Below are positions 10,701 to 18,374 of a stretch of DNA of 64,000 nucleotides, piece by piece. The first letter of the stretch is position 1; each line of letters opens with the position of its first letter. Origin of the DNA: an uncultured Anaerolineales bacterium. Lineage in GTDB: Bacteria > Chloroflexota > Anaerolineae > B4-G1. The notes below the pieces were generated by a model that did no database searches, was not told the DNA's origin, and saw only the letters and a program-made list of their open reading frames with translations. Location of the stretch: contig CAYMWP010000003.1 in assembly GCA_964393895.1 (NCBI GenBank), positions 18,351 through 82,350 of the forward strand. The letters are read 5' to 3'. The translations under genes and the position numbers were made by a program.

Positions 10701-11769
10701 GATCGCGGCCCTCATTGCCGCCAGCCAAGACCTGGTGATGAGCTTGCCCGCTATCACCCAACACTTGCGCCAACTGGTCCCCCTGGACGTACTGACTCTG
10801 GCTACTTATACCCCCGGCGACCAGGAATACGTCCTCTTTGCTCCTTCCACCGGCGCGGATACGGAGGCCGATGACTTTGCCCTACCGGGTACTTATCTGC
10901 CGGTGGAGGGAACTTGTCCCGGTTGGGTCATCACTCACCGGGAGCCGTGGCTGGATGCGGACATTCGCCGGGAGATGCTTTTCCTGGAGGACGAACAGCT
11001 CGTCTCGGAGGGAATGATTTCGCGCTTATCTTTGCCGTTGCTGGTTGGGGAGCGGGTTGTCGGTGCCATCAACCTGGGCAGTAAACAGCCCGGAGTCTTT
11101 ACTACAGAGCAGCTGCCGCTCCTGCATCAGGTGGCTGACCAGATGGCGCTGGCTTTGGAGCGCACTCGTTTGTTGCAAGAAACCCGCAATGCCCTGGCCG
11201 AGGCCGAGGCTACCCACCGCGCCTACCTGCAACGTGGCTGGCGCGACTATTTGCGCCAGCAGGAGGCGTTGCGGCGAGGGGCCTTCCTCTACGACCGGAC
11301 GCAAGGAGCCGCCGTGCTGGACGGCTTGACCGAACCGGTAGCCGATCTCTGGCTGCCAGAGATGGAGCGCGCTTTGGCCCAGGGTCTCCCCACCGTAGCG
11401 GACATCGGTGGTGGCGAGGAGAAGCGAACGGGGTTGGCTATTCCCATCGTCCTGCGCGGTCAGACCATCGGCGTGCTGGGCATGGACGACCCCGCTGGCG
11501 AGCACGCCTGGTCTGAGGAAGACCGGGCCGTGATCGAGGCGGTCGGCCGGCAGTTGGCCCAGGCGCTGGAGAACGCCCGCCTGCTGGGAGAGACCCAATT
11601 GCGCGCGCAACGAGAGCGCATCATCGGCGACATCACCAGCCGCGTTCGCGCCTCTATGGATTTGGATAACATTTTGCGGACCACCGTCCGAGAGTTGGGT
11701 GCGGCCCTCGGCACCGATCGTGCCTTCATACGGCTGAACCCAGATGCGCAGTTACCTGAGAAACCCTAA
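7768..11769 (+). CDS. PAS x3 - GAF x5 sensor protein with no output domain
   Basis: 1333 aa. Three PAS-like units, each followed by DITERK or DITARK junctions. Five GAF-terminal motifs (IQDTRLR, LESARLF, LRNLSHL, LERTRLL, LENARLL), then the conserved tail. Confidence 0.85.
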   Translation: MQELAAKIRDDLDRLAEEYERLLLEIPGYPGMAQQARSEAARNAVQLVATGLEAGDQDMFVQFVQAVAVERAAQGLEIDSIQQALTALVEVVEPLLDTVEAASFLWKAVIQVNTTLSQMAMERARSTEERFKFLADNITVGVFVHQDGILRYVGREGARILGYDDPAQVVGRSILDFVHPSEQKRIADLARRRVAGEPVPDQYESRFITRDGSPVDVHLYNTLIEYEGRVATQGAFVDITARKEANERARRAQEALRAIVDSMPFGVIVIGRDKIVRRANQAALELIGCESQEQIVGKICHETLCPAEVDRCPILDLGQELDRSERVLVTREGERVSILKSVVPVTLDGEEALLETFVDITERKQAEQSVAEQQAFLQRVIDADPNFIFVKDRESRFVLVNQAVADAYGSTPEELIGKSDADFNPNREQVENFHRDDLRVIDDQQEKYIPEEPITTASGKVRWLQTIKRPLVDEDGVARRLLGVSTDITERKRLEQRIQGSLDRRGRQVQTSTEVAQEIAAATELEELFRRVVTLIKERFDYYHAQIFRYEPALDAVLLVVGYGETGERMLVAGHRLELGRGVVGTAAFTGQSVLASDVAQDPDWVPNPFLPDSQGELAVPIKWRDEVLGILDVQSETAGALTEEDQLLLEGLCGQIAIAIQDTRLRLEMEENLRELERLTRASIREGWEISRRESGAVGYRFDGASVVPTDDSWTRGPQAGGRPTVATPLAVRGEVIGALGVQDDPRHPLSHEDLALVELVAEQVAQALESARLFEQTQVALDQTDVLYRVGQALNVAASYDQIVEALKLHPIVHQASRGGMGLFNRPWSAATAGSPSGDSVPEWVDMVASWHAPDQQALASVGTRYELEAFPVARHFRPDEPFIVEDIADDPRLDDNMRQLYLGLFQARGTIFVPLVAGEQWIGWLNVLMNEPGAFPEDQVRSLMTLAGQAAVALRNLSHLEEIRTRALHEQSLREIAALIAASQDLVMSLPAITQHLRQLVPLDVLTLATYTPGDQEYVLFAPSTGADTEADDFALPGTYLPVEGTCPGWVITHREPWLDADIRREMLFLEDEQLVSEGMISRLSLPLLVGERVVGAINLGSKQPGVFTTEQLPLLHQVADQMALALERTRLLQETRNALAEAEATHRAYLQRGWRDYLRQQEALRRGAFLYDRTQGAAVLDGLTEPVADLWLPEMERALAQGLPTVADIGGGEEKRTGLAIPIVLRGQTIGVLGMDDPAGEHAWSEEDRAVIEAVGRQLAQALENARLLGETQLRAQRERIIGDITSRVRASMDLDNILRTTVRELGAALGTDRAFIRLNPDAQLPEKP

Positions 11770-11794
11770 CGGTTTTCTGAAATCTCGGGTTGGG
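11761..11794. repeat. Degenerate copy of the GGTTTCAGAAAACC-core palindromic element (inverted orientation)
   Basis: AAACCCTAACGGTTTTCTGAAATCTCGGGTTGGG. The left arm and core are conserved and the right arm is degraded. It contains the stop of the upstream GAF gene. Confidence 0.55.
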
Positions 11795-11805
11795 AGTAGC
11801 AAGCG

Positions 11806-14800
11806 ATGGTAAAGACTAGCGATAAGCAAAAAACCGAGGTGCAATTGGTCGAAGAGTTGCAAGAGCCGGAGGAGCAGCGCAAGTGGGCCGTAGAGTCCTT
11901 GCAGGCGAGCGAGGAAAAGTATCGCGCGATTCTCGAGAACATTGAGGAAGCCTATTACGAGGTTGACCTGGCTGGCAATTTCACTTTCTTCAACTCTATG
12001 CTGTGCCAGATGCTAGGGTACACGGCCGATGAATTGATGGGCGCGAACTACCGACGTTATACGGACGATGTGTACGCCGATATGGTGTACCGGATTTTCA
12101 ACAAGGTTTACCGCACCGGGGAGCCTACCAGGATATTGGATTGGGAGGTCAACAGTAAGGACGGGGCCAGGAAACTGGTCGAGTCATCCGTGTCGCTGAT
12201 CCGTGACGCTGCGGGCAAGCCCGTCGGGTTCCGTGGTATCGTTCGCGACGTCACCGGGCGCAAGTGGACGGAGGCCGAAATCGTCAAACTCAATCGCGAG
12301 CTGACCACCCTCAATAGGGTTGGTCAGGCCCTCACCTCCGCTCTGGATCTGGAAGAGACGTTGACCCTCATCACCGAGCAAGTGACCAATTTGCTGGGAG
12401 TAGAGGCGACCTCGGTGATCCTTCACGACGAGGTCCAGGATGACTTGTGTTTCGCTGCCGCGTCCGGCAGTGGTGCGGATTTCATACTCAATGCCCGCTT
12501 TGAATTGGGCCAGGGTATCGCCGGCTGGGTCGTACAGCACGGTGAAGCGGCGGTGGTACCCGACGTATCCCGGGACGTGCGTTGGTTTCGTGATTTTGAT
12601 CATAAGAGCGGCTTGGAAACTCGCTCGATCTTGTGTGTTCCCTTGCGAGCCAAAGGACAGATCATTGGCGCTATTGAGGCGGTAAATAAGTGGGATGGCG
12701 ATTTTGACCAGGATGATTTGCGGCTTTTGACCTCACTGGCGGCGCCGGCGGCCACCGCTATCGAAAACGCCCGCTTGTTCGGGCAGTCACAGGCTCGCGC
12801 CGAGGAATTGGCGGTACTGAACGAGTTGGGGCAGGCCCTCACCGCCCACCTCGACGTCGAAGGAGTGCTGGACGAAGCTTACCGGGGTGTCTCGCGCTTG
12901 ATGGATACCACTAATTTTTACGTCGCCCTTTGCGAGCCGGGTGAGGAGGAGGTTACGTTCGCCATAGATGTGCTCGAGGGAGAGGTGCGGAGGTCGCGCG
13001 AAACCCGCAGGGCCGGTCGTGGCCTGACCGAGCACGTCATTCAAACCCGCGAACCCTTGCTCATCGAAGAGGAGCTGCCCGAACGGTTGGAAGAGTTGGG
13101 AATTGCGTTGATTGGACGGATTGCTCTCTCCTGGCTGGGGGTGCCCCTCGTCGTCGGCGACCAGGTGCTAGGCGTGATGGCCGTGCAGAGTTACACCAGG
13201 CCCCGTCTCTACGGCCAGCGCGAGCGAGATTTGCTGGTCTCTGTTGCCAGCCAGGCAGCTATCGCCATTGAGAATGCCCGATCGTACGAGCAGGAACAGG
13301 CCCGCGCCAAAGAACTGGCCGTGCTTAACGAGCTGAGCCAGTCTCTCACCGCCAGCTTGAGCGTGGAGGATGTGTTGGAGGAGGCCTACCGGCAGGCCGC
13401 TCGCCTGGTGGACACGACCAACTTTTACATCGGCCTCTACGACTCGGATAAGGAAGAAGTGGCTATTCCCTTCATCGTCTCCAAGTCGGAGATTGACCGT
13501 CACATCACCGTCGTTCCTGCGGACCAGGGCTTTACCGGCTATATCATCCGCAATCGTACCGCCGTGTTAGTCGAAGAGAACGTGATCGAATGGTTGGAGG
13601 AGAACGGGATTAGCGTGATAGGGGAGCCGGCTCTTTCCTGGCTGGGAGTACCTCTGATCGTCGGCGACCAAGTGCTAGGAGTTATGGCCGTTCAGAGCTA
13701 TATCACCCCCCGCCTCTACGGCGAGCACGACCGCAAGTTGCTGACGGCCATTGCCGGGCCGACGGCTATCGCCATCCAGAACGCCCGGTTGTACGAGCAG
13801 GCGCAGCGCGAAATCGGAGAGCGCAAGCGGGCGGAGGCGGAGGTGCGACGGCGAGCGGAGCAGGCGGCGCTGACCTACAAGGTGGGCCAGCGCGTCAGCG
13901 GCGAACTGGCGTTGGACGAACTGCTATCCGAAATCGTGATTGCTGTGCACGATGCCTTTGATTACTATGGCGTGATGTTGTTGCTCGAGGGAGAAGCAGG
14001 TTTTCTGACCCTGCAATCCGCGGCTGGCGGCTATATTGACGTTCTTCCAACAGATATCGAGATCGCCGTTGGGGAGGGAATGATAGGGCGCGCGGCGGCC
14101 AGTGGTGTGGCCCAAGTCAGCAACGACGTCAGCCAGAACCCCTATTACGTGCGCAACGCGAATGAGGATACAAAATCAGAGTTGGCCGTGCCCATCGAGA
14201 GCGGCGGCAGGGTCATCGGCGTGCTCGATCTCCAGAGTGACGAGCTGGACGCCTTCGACGAGACCGACGTGATGTTGATGGAAACGCTGGCCGATCAAGT
14301 GGGTGTGGTGATCGAGAACGCCCGCCTGTACGAGGAAATCCAGCGTGAGTTGGCCGAGCGCGAGCGGATGGAAGGGGTGTTGCAAGAAACGCACGAGGAG
14401 CTAGAAAAATATACAACCATCCTGGAGCGCCAGACCGCGCGACTGCGAGTGGGGGCCGAGGTGACCCGCAAAGTTTCCGCTATCCTCGATGTGCGACAAC
14501 TTCTCGAAGAGACGGTGCGCCTCATCTCTAATGAATTTGGCTTTTACCACTCGGCAGTCTTCCTGGTGGGCGAGTCCGGCGAGTATGCCATCCTGCGCGC
14601 CGCTTCGTCCGCAGGGGGGCGCCGCATGGTGGAGCGAGGTTACCGGGTGCCGCTTGGTGGGAAAGATGCCGTGGGCTACGTCGCAGCGACAGGTGAACAC
14701 TGCATTGCCCTCGATGTGGGTGAGGGTGCCGCGATGCTTCCCTTTGATCGGGGGGGAGCTGTTGCTTTCAATAACCCCGACTTATCTGACACCCGTTCGG

Positions 14801-17800
14801 AAATGGCGCTGCCCCTGAGGATGCGTGGTCGCACCATCGGCGTGCTGGACATTCAGTCCACTCAAGAGGCTGCTTTCTCCGAGGAGGACGTGGCGGGGTT
14901 TCAGACGCTGGCCGACCAATTGGCCGTTTCCATAGATAACGCCCGCCTGGTAGAGCGCACAGGAGAACAGTTGCGTGAGCAGGAACGTCTCTACGGTGAG
15001 TACAGCGCCTCCGCCTGGGCCGAGTTGCTGTCGCCCGTTCGACCGCTGGGTTACATCTACGATCGCATTGACGTCTCGCCGATATTGGATTCGCCGGCGC
15101 CGCTTGATTTGGCCCCGCAGCGCGTCGAGGCGGAGACGACGGGCGCAATATTGACCATGCCCCTCAAGGTGCGGGGTCGCACGGTCGGCATCCTGGGCGT
15201 AGAAGAGAGCGATGCCGCCCGTGAGTGGTCGTCTGAAGAGGTCGCCATCGTCGAGGCAGTGAGTGACCAGGTAGCCATGGCGCTGGATAGCGCCCGTTTG
15301 TTTGGAGAGGCCCGCACTCGCGCCGAGGAGTTGGCCGTGTTGAACGAGTTGGCTCAATCTCTCACTGCCCGCCTGACCGTGGACGATGTGCTGGAAGAGA
15401 CTTACCAGGGCGTGTCTCGCTTGCTGGATACCACTAACTTTTACATCGGTCTCTACGACCCACAAAAGAACGAAATATCCTTTCCTTTTAACATCACCGA
15501 ATCGGCGGTGGACGAACAGATCGTCGCCATCTCGGCCGATCAGGGGTACGCTGGCTACATAATGCGGAACCGCACGAGCCTGCTCCTCACGGAGGACACC
15601 ATAGAGCAGGTAGTGGAGCGGACGGCCAAGATGGGTATTGAGCATATCGGGCAGTTGGCCCTTTCTTACCTGGGAGTGCCGTTGGTGGTCGGCGACCGGG
15701 TGCTGGGGGTCATGGCGGTTCAAAACTATACCGTGCCCCACGTCTACAGCGAGCACGACCGGAACTTGTTGACGGCCATCGCCAGCCAGGCGGCCATTGC
15801 TCTTCAGAGCGCCCATCTTTTCGAGGAAGCGCAACGGAGGGCGGCTCAGTTGGCGGCGGCTGCCGAGGTCGCCCGGGACGCCACAGCCATCCTGGAAGTG
15901 GACCAGTTGCTAGACGAGACGGTGCACCTCATCTCGGAACAGTTTGGTTTCTACCACGCCGGCGTGTTTTTGCTGGACGAACGGGGCGAGTACGCCGTTC
16001 TGCAAGCGGCCTCTTCCGAGGGCGGGCGCCGCATGTTGGAGCGGGGGCACAGACTGAAGGTCGGCGAGGTTGGCATCGTCGGCTACGCCGCGGCCACGGG
16101 AGAACCTCGCGTCGCTCTGGACGTGGGACAGGATGCCGTGCACTTTGCCCACGACGATCTCCCCGATACCCGTTCGGAGATGGGATTGCCGCTCAAAGTG
16201 CGGGAGAGAGTGATCGGCGTGCTGGACGTTCAATCTGACCAGACGGCCGCTTTCTCCGCTGACGACGTCGCGGCTTTGCAGACGATGGCCGACCAGTTGG
16301 CTATTGCCATTGCCAACGCTCGCTTATTTCAAGAGACCCGCTCCGATGTGTTGCGCCGCGCCCTCATCAACGAGGTGCTCCAGGCCGCTACCGCTTCGCT
16401 GGATCCAGAGGAGTTGCTTCACCAGGCCGGAGAGGTCATCTCCCGGCGACTAGAGTCGCCCACCGCGCTCTTTGTCTGGGAGGCGGAGGATAAAGTGTTC
16501 CGTACGGTCGCCGTCCACGACTCCCAGGCTGCCGACGTCTCGTTACCTGGGGTATTTCAGCAAGTGACTCGCGGGGTAGCCCCGGTTCTCTTTGAGGCGG
16601 CGGAGAGTCGGCGCACTGCCGTTTTGGAGCTGACCTCCGATGCAAGCGGCCCGTTGGTCACTGCGGCCAGGTGGGCGCGGGCGCAATCCATCATTTACGT
16701 TCCTCTGATATCCCGTGATCAGGTACTGGGTTTGCTTGGTATTGGGAAACTCGAGGAGCAGCCTGTCGTGGACGTCGAGTTCACCGAACTCGTGGCCGCC
16801 AACCTGACCGTGGCCGTGGAAAACGCCCGCTTGTACCAGGAGGCAGTGCAAACCGCCGAACGCCTGGCAGAGGTAGACCGGCTCAAGAGCCAATTCCTGG
16901 CTAACATGTCCCACGAACTGCGCACACCGCTCAACTCTATCATTGGTTTCTCGCGGGTCATTCTCAAAGAGATTGATGGCCCGCTTACCGATATGCAGCG
17001 CACTGACCTGCAATCTGTCTACGATAGCGGGCAGCATTTGTTGGGGTTGATCAACGATATCCTGGAAGTGGCCAAGATAGAATCTGGCAGGATGGATTTG
17101 GTCTCGGAAGTGGTGAATTTACAGGATATTATCAGGGGCGTCATGTCAACCGCCATCGCGCTGGTCAAGGACAAGCCCGCCGTCGAATTGCAGCAGTCTG
17201 TTCCCCAAGACCTGCCCACGATTATGGGCGACACGCGGCGTATCCGCCAGGCGATCCTCAATCTCGTCTCGAACGCTGCCAAATTCACCACGGAAGGCTT
17301 TATTCGTGTGGAAGCCGAGGTTGTAGATACCGAGGTGATCGTCTCTGTGGCCGATAGCGGTGTCGGCATCCCGCCAGACAAGATTGATATGATCTTTGAG
17401 CCTTTCACTCAGGCCGACGCATCCACTACCCGCGAGACTGGGGGCACGGGGCTGGGCCTTTCCATCACCAGCAGCTTTGTCGAGATGCACGGCGGTCGTA
17501 TGTGGGTGGAGAGCGAGGTGGGTAAAGGCTCTACATTCTACATGGCATTGCCCATTCATACCCTCTCTTCTATTGAGGAACAAGTGGAGGAGGAACAGCC
17601 AGAGTTAGAGCCTGGACAAAGAGTCGTTCTCTGCGTAGAGGATGACGAAGGAGTCATCACCCTCTTCCGCCGTTACCTGAGCAAGCGGGGCTACAGGGTA
17701 GTCGGTCTCTCCAACAGTATGATGGCGTTGGAACGAGCGCGAGAGTTGCAGCCGTTCGCCATAACGTTGGACGTGATGATGCCCGGCAAGGATGGCTGGC

Positions 17801-18369
17801 AGGTCGTTCAGGAGTTGAAGGCTGATCCTGCGACCAGCGATATTCCCGTTATAATGTGTACCATCGTAGGCGAGGAGGAGCATGGCCTTAGCCTGGGAGC
17901 GGCCGATTACTTGATCAAGCCGATTCTCGAGCAGGACTTGTTGGCTGCGCTGAATCGTCTGGACCGGCAGGATGAGCGACACTTGGTGTTGGTGGTGGAT
18001 GACCTGCCGGAAGATCGAGATCTGTTGAGCCGGATGATCGAGAGCCAAGAGGGATACGAGGTTATGGGGGCCGGCGGCGGCGAGGAGGCCATCGCCATGA
18101 TCCGGCAAACGTTGCCCGATATTATTATTTTGGATCTGATGATGCCAAACGTGGATGGTTTTGCAGTACTCGAGGCGGTCAAGACAGACGAGAACACTCG
18201 CTCTATTCCCATCATCGTTGTAACCGCCAAAGATCTGACCCCAGAGGAGCGCGAGGTCCTGACCGGTGAGGTAGAGTCCCTGCTCCACAAAGGAATCTTT
18301 GACCGGCAAGAGTTACTGGCAGACGTGGCAGGGGCGCTGGAGCGCCTGAGAGGCAAGGTAGGAGACTGA
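11806..18369 (+). CDS. Giant hybrid sensor histidine kinase: PAS - about 9 GAF - HisKA - HATPase_c - REC - REC
   Basis: 2187 aa. Nine GAF-terminal motifs (IENARLF ... VENARLY). H-box FLANMSHELRTPLNSIIGF, G-box GGTGLGLSITSSFVEMHGGRMWVES, and two receiver domains (LDVMMPGKDG and LDLMMPNVDG). Confidence 0.9.
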   Translation: MVKTSDKQKTEVQLVEELQEPEEQRKWAVESLQASEEKYRAILENIEEAYYEVDLAGNFTFFNSMLCQMLGYTADELMGANYRRYTDDVYADMVYRIFNKVYRTGEPTRILDWEVNSKDGARKLVESSVSLIRDAAGKPVGFRGIVRDVTGRKWTEAEIVKLNRELTTLNRVGQALTSALDLEETLTLITEQVTNLLGVEATSVILHDEVQDDLCFAAASGSGADFILNARFELGQGIAGWVVQHGEAAVVPDVSRDVRWFRDFDHKSGLETRSILCVPLRAKGQIIGAIEAVNKWDGDFDQDDLRLLTSLAAPAATAIENARLFGQSQARAEELAVLNELGQALTAHLDVEGVLDEAYRGVSRLMDTTNFYVALCEPGEEEVTFAIDVLEGEVRRSRETRRAGRGLTEHVIQTREPLLIEEELPERLEELGIALIGRIALSWLGVPLVVGDQVLGVMAVQSYTRPRLYGQRERDLLVSVASQAAIAIENARSYEQEQARAKELAVLNELSQSLTASLSVEDVLEEAYRQAARLVDTTNFYIGLYDSDKEEVAIPFIVSKSEIDRHITVVPADQGFTGYIIRNRTAVLVEENVIEWLEENGISVIGEPALSWLGVPLIVGDQVLGVMAVQSYITPRLYGEHDRKLLTAIAGPTAIAIQNARLYEQAQREIGERKRAEAEVRRRAEQAALTYKVGQRVSGELALDELLSEIVIAVHDAFDYYGVMLLLEGEAGFLTLQSAAGGYIDVLPTDIEIAVGEGMIGRAAASGVAQVSNDVSQNPYYVRNANEDTKSELAVPIESGGRVIGVLDLQSDELDAFDETDVMLMETLADQVGVVIENARLYEEIQRELAERERMEGVLQETHEELEKYTTILERQTARLRVGAEVTRKVSAILDVRQLLEETVRLISNEFGFYHSAVFLVGESGEYAILRAASSAGGRRMVERGYRVPLGGKDAVGYVAATGEHCIALDVGEGAAMLPFDRGGAVAFNNPDLSDTRSEMALPLRMRGRTIGVLDIQSTQEAAFSEEDVAGFQTLADQLAVSIDNARLVERTGEQLREQERLYGEYSASAWAELLSPVRPLGYIYDRIDVSPILDSPAPLDLAPQRVEAETTGAILTMPLKVRGRTVGILGVEESDAAREWSSEEVAIVEAVSDQVAMALDSARLFGEARTRAEELAVLNELAQSLTARLTVDDVLEETYQGVSRLLDTTNFYIGLYDPQKNEISFPFNITESAVDEQIVAISADQGYAGYIMRNRTSLLLTEDTIEQVVERTAKMGIEHIGQLALSYLGVPLVVGDRVLGVMAVQNYTVPHVYSEHDRNLLTAIASQAAIALQSAHLFEEAQRRAAQLAAAAEVARDATAILEVDQLLDETVHLISEQFGFYHAGVFLLDERGEYAVLQAASSEGGRRMLERGHRLKVGEVGIVGYAAATGEPRVALDVGQDAVHFAHDDLPDTRSEMGLPLKVRERVIGVLDVQSDQTAAFSADDVAALQTMADQLAIAIANARLFQETRSDVLRRALINEVLQAATASLDPEELLHQAGEVISRRLESPTALFVWEAEDKVFRTVAVHDSQAADVSLPGVFQQVTRGVAPVLFEAAESRRTAVLELTSDASGPLVTAARWARAQSIIYVPLISRDQVLGLLGIGKLEEQPVVDVEFTELVAANLTVAVENARLYQEAVQTAERLAEVDRLKSQFLANMSHELRTPLNSIIGFSRVILKEIDGPLTDMQRTDLQSVYDSGQHLLGLINDILEVAKIESGRMDLVSEVVNLQDIIRGVMSTAIALVKDKPAVELQQSVPQDLPTIMGDTRRIRQAILNLVSNAAKFTTEGFIRVEAEVVDTEVIVSVADSGVGIPPDKIDMIFEPFTQADASTTRETGGTGLGLSITSSFVEMHGGRMWVESEVGKGSTFYMALPIHTLSSIEEQVEEEQPELEPGQRVVLCVEDDEGVITLFRRYLSKRGYRVVGLSNSMMALERARELQPFAITLDVMMPGKDGWQVVQELKADPATSDIPVIMCTIVGEEEHGLSLGAADYLIKPILEQDLLAALNRLDRQDERHLVLVVDDLPEDRDLLSRMIESQEGYEVMGAGGGEEAIAMIRQTLPDIIILDLMMPNVDGFAVLEAVKTDENTRSIPIIVVTAKDLTPEEREVLTGEVESLLHKGIFDRQELLADVAGALERLRGKVGD

Positions 18370-18374
18370 CAAAG

